Positions 55,096-64,000 of a DNA stretch of 64,000 bases are shown here, one piece after another. The stretch is from IMG/VR virus record IMGVR_UViG_3300035698_026597, one strand, 5' to 3'. Origin of the DNA: an uncultured virus (IMG/VR IMGVR_UViG_3300035698_026597). Lineage: Duplodnaviria; Heunggongvirae; Uroviricota; Caudoviricetes. Under the pieces are notes generated by a model. It was not told the origin of the DNA. It made no database searches and saw nothing but the letters and a program-made list of their open reading frames with translations. A program made the position numbers and the translations under genes. The first letter of the stretch is position 1. Each line of letters begins with the position of its first letter.

Positions 55096-57081
55096 ATGGC
55101 GAAATACTTAGTCATCGTTGAATCTCCAAACAAAATTCACACAGTGAAGTCGTGCCTAGGCAAAGACTATGAAGTTGATGCCTCTTCCGGCCATATCGCA
55201 GATTTGCCGCAGAAGAAGATAGGCATAGACACGAAAAAAGACTTCGAGCCTAAGTACGAGATTTTGCCTGGGAAGAAGGCGATAGTTGACAAGCTCGTAA
55301 AGAAGGCGAAGAAAGCAGAGATCATATACCTTGCAACGGACCTTGATAGGGAAGGTACGGCTATTGCTTGGCATCTCTCTCGCTATATGCCAAAAGGTAA
55401 AACAATCAAGCGTATCGTATATAACGAAGTGACAAAGAAGGCGATACTGAAAGCGATTGAGAATGCTGGTGACATAGATCTTGATATGGTTGCTGCCTAT
55501 GAGACCAGGAGAATTTTAGATAGGTTGGTTGGGTTTAAATGTTCTTATCCTGTTAGGCAAGCTACAGGTGGGCCTAGCGCAGGCAGAGTACAAAGCGCTA
55601 CTCTTCGATTTATCGCGGATAGAGAAAAAGAGATTCAAGACTTTGTGCCAGTTATATATTGGGACATAACTGCTGAGCTAATCACAGAGAAGTATGAGAA
55701 GATCATAGCCAAGCTGACAAAACCTGATAAGCTTAAGGTGAATTCTGCGGAGATGGCGAAAGAGATTTGCGATACTCTTCGCAAAGGCCCTATTGCTGTC
55801 TCGAAGTACGAAAAGACAGAATCCAGGGTAAAACCATATGCTCCGTTCGTTACAAGCACTTTGCAGCAAGCCGCATCAACGTTCCTTGGATGGAATCCTA
55901 AAAAGGCTATGCAAGTAGCACAGCAGCTTTTCGAAGGAACCTTCATAACCTATCATCGTACCGATAGCACTCATCTGTCATCAGATTTTGTCTCCGCCAT
56001 GCGCTCGGAGATATCTTCTGAGTACGGTGATAAGTATCTGCCCACATCCATATGGAGCTATGGCAAGAAGAAGAATGCCCAAGAGGCACATGAGGCTATC
56101 AGGCCAACAGACATCACTAAGACATGTGCCCCGGTTGGTGACCAGAATAAACTCTACAAGATGATACGTAAGAGGACTATGGCAAGCCAAATGAGCCAAG
56201 CAGTTTTCTTAAGGTCCAAAGCAGAGTTTACATGCAAGAAGTACGCATTGTCAGTAAATGGATCGACATGCAAGTTTGATGGATGGAGGAAGTGCTGGGA
56301 TTATGGCTCTCTGGATGATTACGAGGTCCCAGAGCTTAAGGTGGGTCAGAAGGTTAACCTTATAGACGTTACCATGAAGAAAGAGCAGACGAAGCCTCCA
56401 TCTAGGTTCACAGAAGCTTCTACTATCAAGCAGATGGAGAAGCTGGGCATAGGAAGGCCAGCGACGTATGCTGCCACGTTGGATACGCTAAAGAATAGAC
56501 AGTACATTGATGCCAAGAAGAAGGCTATTAATGCCACAGAGCTTGGTATGAGAGTTACCAAGTTCCTGGTGGGCGCAGGTTTCTGTTTCGTTGATCTTTG
56601 CTTTACGGCTCATATGGAAGAGGATTTGGACAGGGTTGCTGCGGCCGAGACTGGGAAGCTATGCGTTCTTACGGAGTTCTATGATAGGCTGAAAGAGGAT
56701 CTAAAGAGATCAAAATCCGTGAAGGAGGTTCAGAACAAAACTGACTATCCCTGCCCTGACTGCAAGAAGGGTGGTAAAGATGCTCATCTTGTGAAGAGGT
56801 TTAGCAAGTTCGGTCCTTTCTATTCGTGTAGCAATTACCCGGACTGCAAATTCTCAGCCAAGATAGGTGAGGGTGGGAAGCCAGAAGTTAAGGTAAAGAA
56901 AAAGATTGTGTACTCGGATAAAAAGTGTCCCAAGTGTAAGGGAAAGATGGTATTAAGAGAGAGCAAGTTTGGTAAGTTCTCTGGCTGCGCAGCTTTTCCT
57001 AAATGCGACGGAATGAGAGATGAGGCTGGCGAAGAGATCAAGAAGAAGAAAAAGACATTCAAGAAGTACAAGAAAAAATGA
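55096..57081 (+). CDS. topA: Type IA DNA topoisomerase with C-terminal zinc ribbons
   Basis: LVIVESPNK, ATDLDREG.AIAWH, SAGRVQS, ITYHRTDS, QEAHEAIRPT, GIGRPATYA, C4 ribbons. Confidence 0.96.
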   Translation: MAKYLVIVESPNKIHTVKSCLGKDYEVDASSGHIADLPQKKIGIDTKKDFEPKYEILPGKKAIVDKLVKKAKKAEIIYLATDLDREGTAIAWHLSRYMPKGKTIKRIVYNEVTKKAILKAIENAGDIDLDMVAAYETRRILDRLVGFKCSYPVRQATGGPSAGRVQSATLRFIADREKEIQDFVPVIYWDITAELITEKYEKIIAKLTKPDKLKVNSAEMAKEICDTLRKGPIAVSKYEKTESRVKPYAPFVTSTLQQAASTFLGWNPKKAMQVAQQLFEGTFITYHRTDSTHLSSDFVSAMRSEISSEYGDKYLPTSIWSYGKKKNAQEAHEAIRPTDITKTCAPVGDQNKLYKMIRKRTMASQMSQAVFLRSKAEFTCKKYALSVNGSTCKFDGWRKCWDYGSLDDYEVPELKVGQKVNLIDVTMKKEQTKPPSRFTEASTIKQMEKLGIGRPATYAATLDTLKNRQYIDAKKKAINATELGMRVTKFLVGAGFCFVDLCFTAHMEEDLDRVAAAETGKLCVLTEFYDRLKEDLKRSKSVKEVQNKTDYPCPDCKKGGKDAHLVKRFSKFGPFYSCSNYPDCKFSAKIGEGGKPEVKVKKKIVYSDKKCPKCKGKMVLRESKFGKFSGCAAFPKCDGMRDEAGEEIKKKKKTFKKYKKK

Positions 57082-57881
57082 CTGAAGAGCTTATTGACTG
57101 GATAGATGATAATGATATGGATGACCTTTTGTCTAAGGGTCATGCAGATTCATTTGTGCCTGATTTGATAGGGCATGATGCTTCTTTCGATACTCCCCAA
57201 CAAGCCGTAAGGGCTATAGGTGGTATTGATTGGGGTCATTGGAGATTTAAGAGGCAGGGGGCTGATATCCTAACTTGTACTGGTAGGACAAGACCAGATG
57301 GTAGGATGGAACGTATATGTGTTAATCACAGGATAGGGGTTCCATTCGTTAATGCTAAGATCTTTGAAGAGGATGGCTGTAACCATCTGTTCGTTAGCAC
57401 TAATATCTGGTCGTCAATAAGAACAAAGATAAAAAATAGGAAGAAAAACCGTTCGAGGAAACCTACCAAAGATTACACTGAGCATATAGTGAAGTCGTTT
57501 GATAGGATCGTTGTGCCAGAAGTTTCCAAAATATCTGTGTACAAGTGGGGTTTTGAGGCTAGTGGAAACGGACCAATTTCAGTAACAGTTGTATCCAGGC
57601 GAGACCTGTACAGCTATCTTACGCAGTCAGAAGACACAAATTCGGAAGACAGGTTGGATTCTGGAGGTGGAGATTGGGATCTTTTGGGATCGTGCTGGAA
57701 TGTTAAAGCTTCGAAAAGATTGTGTATTTGGGAAGACCATGTTGGTACATGGGATCATCGCTTGGAAACATGTGGCATAAACGAAGAGGATATGGATGCT
57801 GTTTTAGATGACGAGCCCACTGAAGAAGCCAAAAAGATCATGAAGCAATTCGGGCAAAGGATTAAGAAGATCGATATTTAG
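57078..57881 (+). CDS. Hypothetical protein
   Basis: ATGA coupling; 267 aa. Confidence 0.65.
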   Translation: MTEELIDWIDDNDMDDLLSKGHADSFVPDLIGHDASFDTPQQAVRAIGGIDWGHWRFKRQGADILTCTGRTRPDGRMERICVNHRIGVPFVNAKIFEEDGCNHLFVSTNIWSSIRTKIKNRKKNRSRKPTKDYTEHIVKSFDRIVVPEVSKISVYKWGFEASGNGPISVTVVSRRDLYSYLTQSEDTNSEDRLDSGGGDWDLLGSCWNVKASKRLCIWEDHVGTWDHRLETCGINEEDMDAVLDDEPTEEAKKIMKQFGQRIKKIDI

Positions 57882-57886
57882 GAGTT

Positions 57887-58501
57887 ATGATGGCGAAAGG
57901 ATTACTTGAAGGATATATATGTTATTTGGCTGGACCAATTGATGAAGCGAAGGATGATGGAGTTGGTTGGAGGAAAGACTTCAAAGAGCTGGTGCATAAG
58001 AAGAAAGCATCTCTTTTATTTCTAGATCCTACGGTTAAGTTCAAGGGGTTAACTTCTGAGGTAGGTAAAGAGAAAGAGAATCAACAGCTTTTGAGGGAGC
58101 AAGGAGATTGGAAGGGACTCCGTAAGATGTTCCGCAAGATCGTAAGGGCGGATCTTCGAATGGTAGACATAGCAGATATTCTAATCGCGAAAGTCGATAA
58201 AAACATTCATATGTGTGGTACGTATAATGAAATTGTGATTGCGGATATCGAGAAGAAACCTATCCTACTCATTATCGAGGGAGGGAAGAAGCATTGCCCA
58301 TCTTGGTTATTTGGCATAGTACACCATAAGTTTATGTTTGACTCTTTGGAAGAATGTGCCGATTATATAAGAAAGGTGAATGAGAAAAAGGTTAAGATAG
58401 ATGACAAATGGGTTTTCTTACGTAAGGGAATCAAACAGTTAGAAGCTGCTAATGACGCAATCTTTAGGAGACGCAAAAATGCAGGTAAAGCCGGAATATG
58501 A
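57887..58501 (+). CDS. Nucleoside 2-deoxyribosyltransferase-like protein
   Basis: YLAGPI.....DG.GWR, DL.MVD.ADILI, GTY.E. Confidence 0.78.
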   Translation: MMAKGLLEGYICYLAGPIDEAKDDGVGWRKDFKELVHKKKASLLFLDPTVKFKGLTSEVGKEKENQQLLREQGDWKGLRKMFRKIVRADLRMVDIADILIAKVDKNIHMCGTYNEIVIADIEKKPILLIIEGGKKHCPSWLFGIVHHKFMFDSLEECADYIRKVNEKKVKIDDKWVFLRKGIKQLEAANDAIFRRRKNAGKAGI

Positions 58502-58913
58502 ATCTGTAGAAGAATTCACCAACATCGCATCAGCCCTCGTATCTCGTTTTCCGGAGATCTATTCCGGGGTAGACGTAGATAAGATCCGATGCGTAGCAAT
58601 AACTAACAAATCTCGCGGGAAGAAGAAAAAGCTTTGGGAAGTCAAAGCTGTAGATATGCCAGTACGTATGGATTGTCCATACGCCTGGTATGTCACTGTC
58701 TACATGGAAGATTGGGCAGAAATGGACGTTGTTCATAGGCAGCATATCGTTGCCGAATCACTTTGCGCGATCCCTGAAGATGGAGAAGAAGGTAAGGTTG
58801 TACAACAGGATATGAAAGGATATTCTGTTATAATGCGAACCTTTGGGATCGAGCATCACCAACATGAAGTGCTTCCTGATTTGCTGCAAGACGACATCAA
58901 CTGGAAGCCGTAA
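58479..58913 (+). CDS. Phage metallopeptidase-like fold protein, HExxH degenerate
   Basis: Y.V.VY..DW..M.......IVAESLCAI....G.....D.......FG pattern. Confidence 0.45.
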   Translation: MQVKPEYESVEEFTNIASALVSRFPEIYSGVDVDKIRCVAITNKSRGKKKKLWEVKAVDMPVRMDCPYAWYVTVYMEDWAEMDVVHRQHIVAESLCAIPEDGEEGKVVQQDMKGYSVIMRTFGIEHHQHEVLPDLLQDDINWKP

Positions 58914-58926
58914 GGAGAGAAGAGCT

Positions 58927-59400
58927 ATGGCGTATCAACTTTGTGCTAGAGATGAGTATAGACATGTAAGCATTCTTGAGGTAGGGACGGAGATAGAGCC
59001 CCTTATTGAGAAGGCTAGAACACTTGTCACAAATGAGAACATGGAAAATGCTCTCACAATGACGGAGAAAGAGAAGGACTTTACTCATATCCTTCCGCAA
59101 TTTCTTGACGGTGATCAGCCGACACTAGAGGCAGTTTATGCTGGTCGAGATGGTAAAGACCAGCATGTAGTGCTTCTTGTTGGAGACTCGATTGAGAATA
59201 GCGATGAGATTTCACTATCTTCACTCATGAAGCAAACGGAAGATCTTGGTTTGAGATTCTATATCGGGACGACCATCATAAACCGTAGAGAGGATATTAC
59301 GAAAGAATTTTTCGCTAAGAATCTTAGGGGTGATATTATCTCTGATATGGACGACCATGCACTTGAGGGGAAAACCGTCTTCTACATTAAGAAGATATAG
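58927..59400 (+). CDS. Hypothetical protein
   Basis: AAGGAG RBS; ATG 58927. Confidence 0.65.
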   Translation: MAYQLCARDEYRHVSILEVGTEIEPLIEKARTLVTNENMENALTMTEKEKDFTHILPQFLDGDQPTLEAVYAGRDGKDQHVVLLVGDSIENSDEISLSSLMKQTEDLGLRFYIGTTIINRREDITKEFFAKNLRGDIISDMDDHALEGKTVFYIKKI

Positions 59401-59409
59401 GAGGCGTAA

Positions 59410-60159
59410 ATGAAGCCTATTATTCTTGGTATCTCCGGCGGGAAACAGTCGGGGAAGGATACGGTTGCGCAGTCACTGTTTGATTGGTATTACGGGAAGC
59501 CTCTGGTAACGCTTAATTCATGTTTGAAGTTTAGCTTTGCTACTCCTATCAAAGAGTTCTTGATAGGGGTGATGGGGTTGGATTACGATCAGTGTTGCGG
59601 AACGGATGAGGAGAAGAATAGCCCAACCAAGTACCTGTGGGATGACCTTCCATTTGAGATAAGAGTAAAAAACTCAATAGAAGATCATACGTTTGGCAAT
59701 GGCGAGATACAGAGGTTGCCTCGTATCGGGCCCATTACAGGTAGAGAACTGATGCAGATAGTCGGCACGGATATTATGCGAAACATGTTTGACGATAAGG
59801 TATGGGTTAATGCTTGTCTTAGTAGGATAAAGAATAAATTTGAGACAGCTCATCTTTCTCTGGCAATAATTTCAGATGTTAGGTTCGTGACTGAGGTAGA
59901 TGCTATACTATCAGAACCCAATGGGTACATGATACGTTTAACTAGAAGCCCCCACGATGATGTACATGCTAGTGAACATGACCTGGAAGGCTATAATTGG
60001 TTTTCAAGAGGCTTGCAGAAGTCGATGTTGGTTCATAATGACCTAATTGGGATCGAAAAAACCAACGATTTAGCTTTGCAGTTCATCTATCAATCATTGG
60101 CATATGAGGAAATAAGGTATGACGCCGCTATCTCTGAAGTACCGTCCGAAAAAGCTTAG
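59410..60159 (+). CDS. Deoxynucleoside monophosphate kinase (T4 gp1-like)
   Basis: GISGGKQSGKDT, SFATPIK, RELMQIVGTD..R, ISDVRF..E, HASE. Confidence 0.88.
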   Translation: MKPIILGISGGKQSGKDTVAQSLFDWYYGKPLVTLNSCLKFSFATPIKEFLIGVMGLDYDQCCGTDEEKNSPTKYLWDDLPFEIRVKNSIEDHTFGNGEIQRLPRIGPITGRELMQIVGTDIMRNMFDDKVWVNACLSRIKNKFETAHLSLAIISDVRFVTEVDAILSEPNGYMIRLTRSPHDDVHASEHDLEGYNWFSRGLQKSMLVHNDLIGIEKTNDLALQFIYQSLAYEEIRYDAAISEVPSEKA

Positions 60160-61246
60160 TGAAGTTGTTGGGCAAGATGTCGTTGTAAGGATACTCTCTA
60201 ATTCGTTTCAAAACAACAATCTTCATCACGCCTATATTATGGCTGGTAAGTTTGGTTGTGGAAAAACGACTACAGCTAGGATCTTGGCAGCAATGCTCAA
60301 CTGCGATGACGGGCCCACTCTTGAGCCTTGCGGCACATGTAAAAACTGTAAAGAAATTTTTGAGGGTAAGTCTATTGATGTAAAAGAGATGGATGCGGCA
60401 AGCAATAGGGGCATAGACGAGATCAGGGAGCTTAAGAGGGATGTCCAGTATGCTCCTGTGTCTGGTGAATATAAGGTTATTGTTATTGACGAGGCACACA
60501 GTTTGACAAAGCAGGGGGCTGAAGCTCTGCTTAAGCAAATAGAAGAACCTCCTCCAAAGGTCATATTCATTCTATGCACTACAGAGCCAGAAGCGTTGAA
60601 GGATACGATTCATAGTAGATGTATCCCGTTGACATTTCGCCCGATCCCTTGGACGAACATATACACTCATGTCATAAACGTAGCGAAAGCAGAATCTGTA
60701 GAGATAGAAGACGCTGCTGTGAAGTTCTTGTCTAAAGCGTCGAAGGGTAGTGCAAGAAATGCTTTACAGAATTTACAGATGTCTATTGACTATTCTGGTG
60801 GGGAACCAATTACTTTGGATCATGCACAAAAGGCAATTGGTAGCATAGATGATACGTTGTACTTTAAGCTGCTAAATGCGGTTTCTGAGGACAAGATTCC
60901 TGACGGGTGGAAAATAGTAAACGAGCTAATGCTTAGGGGGAGAAATGCCGAGAATATAGTTAAGGGTCTAGAAACCTATTTACGTAATCTTATGATTATA
61001 CCACTATGTAAAGACTTGGCACCGAACATGGGATTTACGGAGAGCGAAGTAAAAATGTATTCCCACCAAGCAAAGACGATCAAACCAGTTTTGGCAAATG
61101 AAATGCTGAAGATATTGGTGGAAGTACAGAGGGCGATAAAAGTGAACTTAGATCCTGAGAACTCTTTGCTTCGCTTTCTGATTGCTTCGATACTGATTAA
61201 GAAAAAGTTAGTGAAAAATAGCAAGAAGGTTGCCAAGAAAACATAA
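60119..61246 (+). CDS. dnaX: DNA polymerase III gamma/tau clamp-loader subunit
   Basis: KYRP....VVGQ, G..GCGKTT.AR, PCG.C..C, EMDAASNRGID, IDEAH, LLK.IEEPP, TI.SRC, GSAR.AL. Confidence 0.96.
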   Translation: MTPLSLKYRPKKLSEVVGQDVVVRILSNSFQNNNLHHAYIMAGKFGCGKTTTARILAAMLNCDDGPTLEPCGTCKNCKEIFEGKSIDVKEMDAASNRGIDEIRELKRDVQYAPVSGEYKVIVIDEAHSLTKQGAEALLKQIEEPPPKVIFILCTTEPEALKDTIHSRCIPLTFRPIPWTNIYTHVINVAKAESVEIEDAAVKFLSKASKGSARNALQNLQMSIDYSGGEPITLDHAQKAIGSIDDTLYFKLLNAVSEDKIPDGWKIVNELMLRGRNAENIVKGLETYLRNLMIIPLCKDLAPNMGFTESEVKMYSHQAKTIKPVLANEMLKILVEVQRAIKVNLDPENSLLRFLIASILIKKKLVKNSKKVAKKT

Positions 61247-61258
61247 ACAGGAGAGAAA

Positions 61259-62011
61259 ATGGCCAGAGCCCGAAAGGTTCTGGTCGAGGCATCGAAAGAA
61301 GCTGTTGTAGGTTCTAAGAAGCAGCAACAAAAAGAAGAGCAAAAGAAGAGATCAATAAAGTATCTTGAGCTTGTAAACAAAGTAAGAAAGTCTAGGAGTA
61401 CGGTAAGGTCGAATGATGCATTCAACGAGATCGTTAAACTTCTACGTACTAAACTTGAACAGATTTCTTACAAAGTCAAGATTCCTGGCTTTACGCACGA
61501 CGACATCTATCAAGAAGCGTTATACGCTTTGCGTTATAAGGCTGTAAAGGATTATGACAAAGATAGGAGCACACAAACTGATATATCGCCGTTTGACAAG
61601 TTCGCAGTATTGTGTATAAGGAGGCATCTTTACACGAAACTTAAGTCGAGCTATCAGAACCGACAAAGAATATGGTTATGTTCCATAAGCCTCGACCAAG
61701 ACAGGAATGGTTCTTCATCGGATGACGCACTGTTCCTAATAGACATTATAACAGATTCAAAATCAAGCATCTTGGATGACTTGGACAACAAGGAATACTA
61801 TCGGCGTCTTTTCACGAAGTTGTTTGACAAATTGTCGGATTTTGAGAAAAGCGTGTTTTTGTTGTACTGCCAAAAATTATCCTATCAAGAGATTGTCGAG
61901 AAGATAAGACAAACTTATAGGGAAAAGACGAATGTAAAAAGCGTGGACAATGCCTTGTCTCGCATAAAACTGAAAGCTAAAGAAGTTTTCGATAAATTCG
62001 GAAATCGCTAA
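61259..62011 (+). CDS. RNA polymerase sigma factor, SigH (Spo0H)-like
   Basis: DDIYQEA..AL..AVKDYD, F.KFA.LCI.R, SLD, LS.FE..V......SYQEI...KSVDNAL.RIK.K. Confidence 0.88.
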   Translation: MARARKVLVEASKEAVVGSKKQQQKEEQKKRSIKYLELVNKVRKSRSTVRSNDAFNEIVKLLRTKLEQISYKVKIPGFTHDDIYQEALYALRYKAVKDYDKDRSTQTDISPFDKFAVLCIRRHLYTKLKSSYQNRQRIWLCSISLDQDRNGSSSDDALFLIDIITDSKSSILDDLDNKEYYRRLFTKLFDKLSDFEKSVFLLYCQKLSYQEIVEKIRQTYREKTNVKSVDNALSRIKLKAKEVFDKFGNR

Positions 62012-62054
62012 GATAGAAAGATGAACATTTCTTACATAAAGATATAGAAGTGAT

Positions 62055-62092
62055 TGCGCCGTACGTTATTATGATGTACGGCGTATATTTTT
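62055..62092 (+). terminator. Hairpin / probable terminator after sigma gene
   Basis: TGCGCCGTAC...GTACGGCGTA followed by TATTTTT. Confidence 0.65.
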
Positions 62093-62128
62093 GAACTAAC
62101 GGCAAATATATGAAGAAGGGATTAAAAG

Positions 62129-62596
62129 ATGAAGATTCGAAAAGGTTTTGTTTCAAACAGTAGTACCTCAAGCTTTTGCATTATAGGCGTTCGGCTAGAG
62201 ATGTCTAATCAAGATATGTGTAATAGGGTAAGAGTTAATCATCCAGATAAATTTATGGCTGAACGTGTTCGAACTTGTGTGCATGACACGGACACTTCTG
62301 CTACATATTGCTCGGTTTGTGGGAAAGAGATTTGGGAGAAGAGTGACTACGAGACTGAGGATTTTTCTACAGAGGAGCTTCTAGAATACCTTAGCACTGA
62401 TACTATATCTGCCGCACAAGACGAAGAAGATGGTAGAGAATATGTAGGATTTGGTGCGCATGAATTTGAGGCACATCTTAAGGCGGGTAGAGACCCAATA
62501 GCAGAACTTGTCAAAGCTCTTAACGAGAGCGGTTTGGCAGGTCGCACAATAGAGGCAAAAGATATCCGAGTTGTTTCTGGAACCTATTCTTGTTAA
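62129..62596 (+). CDS. Phage protein with MKIRxGFVSNSSxSSF N-terminal motif
   Basis: MKIRKGFVSNSSTSSF; internal C...CSVCG. Confidence 0.75.
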   Translation: MKIRKGFVSNSSTSSFCIIGVRLEMSNQDMCNRVRVNHPDKFMAERVRTCVHDTDTSATYCSVCGKEIWEKSDYETEDFSTEELLEYLSTDTISAAQDEEDGREYVGFGAHEFEAHLKAGRDPIAELVKALNESGLAGRTIEAKDIRVVSGTYSC

Positions 62597-62609
62597 CAAG
62601 GAGTATGTA

Positions 62610-63902
62610 ATGAAGTTTAAGGCTACCGCCGCAGGTTTGATGGAAGGTTTACGTCCGGCAATAGAAGTTGCAACAAGAAATGCTGTTAAAGATTTCGAGT
62701 TTGTGGACAGGGTTGGGATCTCTGTAAAAGAGGACGAGCTAAATATCTTTGCTTGGAATGGAAGGATGAGTATCAGGTCTACACTATCTGATGTAACTCT
62801 AGACAACCTGAATATGGAAGCTATGGAAGACGGAAAGGTTGTTGTTGATGCCAAGAGTTTGTCAAAAGTGCTTGTATGTTTTAAGGAGACAGATGAACTT
62901 GTTGTTAAGCTGTCTGAGAAGAAAAAGGGTAAAGAGCTTATTTTCGAGCTTGCTTCTGATTCTAAGCAGTATGTGACGGCTAGATGTTATGATGAAGAAC
63001 TGGTGTTGCCAGAACCGGCAAAGTCATATACTAAACAGTTACAGATCCGACGTAATCTATTCCTACGTGGAGTGGCTAAGGTTCGTTTTGCTATTGGTTT
63101 TGAACAACACCGGGAGATGTATCTGTATTGGGTGCTTAGGGCAGATCCAGGCAAGGCAAGGTTTATGGCTGGCACAGGACAGAGATTTGCCATTATGGAT
63201 TTTGAGGGCAAAGACATTTTCAAGACTCCTCCATCTGAGGGGCTAGTACTGCGTATGCCGAGAGAGCAGACAGATGTATTTACGAAAGTTTTAGCTGGTT
63301 CTCCCGATGATTACGTATCCATTAGAGAGTCAAGAGGTAAAGAAGGTTTCCATGCAAGAATTCAAACTGATGTCCATGACATGATACTTCTTGGTATAAA
63401 CCCGGATCTAAAATATATTGATGAGGATGCTGTTCTCACCGCCAAATATGATAACCAGTTTATTGTCGAGTTGTCTGATTGGGCATATGTTGGCAAGTCT
63501 ACAATAGCTACTTATGACGAGCAGTTAAAGAAAGAGCGTAAACCCCACAGGGCAGTTGCAGAGGTAGACTTCGAGAATAAGGAGATCATCGTCCAGACGA
63601 ATGAAAGAATGAGATCTTCCAGGAAGGCTCCTATAATAGACTCAAGGGGTCCTGGTGATTCAATCAGGTTTACAGCAGCAGCTTCATATATTTCGGAGAT
63701 AGCTGAGAATGCCGATGAAGATGGCTATATTCAAATATCTCATATTGGCAATAAGGGAAGTAGCGGTCCCAAGTCGAAGAGACCTATATTTGTGCAGTAC
63801 TATGCCGCCGATAAGGTTAGCGACAAAAAGCTAGCAAGAATAAATGATTCGATTGGCGCTACAGAGACATACTGCATCTTCTTCGCACAGTTGCAGGGCT
63901 AG
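62610..63902 (+). CDS. dnaN: DNA polymerase III beta sliding clamp (divergent)
   Basis: MKF start, EDGKVVVDAK.L, V.FA........Y, GT.G.RFA-like segment; about 430 aa; near dnaX. Confidence 0.78.
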   Translation: MKFKATAAGLMEGLRPAIEVATRNAVKDFEFVDRVGISVKEDELNIFAWNGRMSIRSTLSDVTLDNLNMEAMEDGKVVVDAKSLSKVLVCFKETDELVVKLSEKKKGKELIFELASDSKQYVTARCYDEELVLPEPAKSYTKQLQIRRNLFLRGVAKVRFAIGFEQHREMYLYWVLRADPGKARFMAGTGQRFAIMDFEGKDIFKTPPSEGLVLRMPREQTDVFTKVLAGSPDDYVSIRESRGKEGFHARIQTDVHDMILLGINPDLKYIDEDAVLTAKYDNQFIVELSDWAYVGKSTIATYDEQLKKERKPHRAVAEVDFENKEIIVQTNERMRSSRKAPIIDSRGPGDSIRFTAAASYISEIAENADEDGYIQISHIGNKGSSGPKSKRPIFVQYYAADKVSDKKLARINDSIGATETYCIFFAQLQG

Positions 63903-63904
63903 TT

Positions 63905-64000
63905 ATGGCTGATGTCCGTATATGCTGGTTAACGGGAGCCCATGTCTTTCGCAGGCAGTTAAGAGACAAGATACTTGCTTTCCCACAGCATTCGGATAGA
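63905..64000 (+). CDS. 5' end of next gene (partial; possibly clamp-loader delta/HolA)
   Basis: MADVRICWLTGAHVFRRQLRDKIL... open to the window edge; identity is a guess from position. Confidence 0.4.
   Translation, partial: MADVRICWLTGAHVFRRQLRDKILAFPQHSDR

Overview
This 64 kb window reads as part of a very large (jumbo-type) bacteriophage or phage-like genome. It is densely coding, almost entirely on the + strand (neuB is the only well-supported - strand gene), uses the standard code, and shows no rRNA, tRNA or CRISPR array. The left third and right end encode a bacterial-style replication/recombination kit: primase in two separate genes, DnaE, SSB, RecA, a Cas4-like exonuclease, UvrD, TopA, DnaX, beta clamp and dNMP kinase, plus a SigH-like sigma factor and SpoVS. 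DnaE is broken into three genes. The first break has no intein and separates the GRGS motif from the catalytic aspartates. The second break is a naturally split intein whose halves lie about 2.8 kb apart, separated by a LAGLIDADG endonuclease and a Dam-family methylase plus PD-(D/E)XK nuclease pair, with sequence scars suggesting nested insertions. A full intein sits in a YkgJ/CxxCxxCC-type protein. From about 25.9 to 53.0 kb there is a glycan biosynthesis/modification island: about 10 partly paralogous glycosyltransferases, NeuA/NeuB, WbpB/E/D/I-like enzymes, a sulfotransferase, an APS/PAPS reductase, an ATP-grasp enzyme, a PIG-L deacetylase and radical SAMs. Inside it, an unannotated 38-aa ORF containing WNWIKSF (6/7 identical to the darobactin A core) lies directly upstream of a radical SAM gene. 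All family calls come from motif recognition, not database searches. Where my start coordinate differs from the ORF track, I chose the start with a better RBS or overlap.
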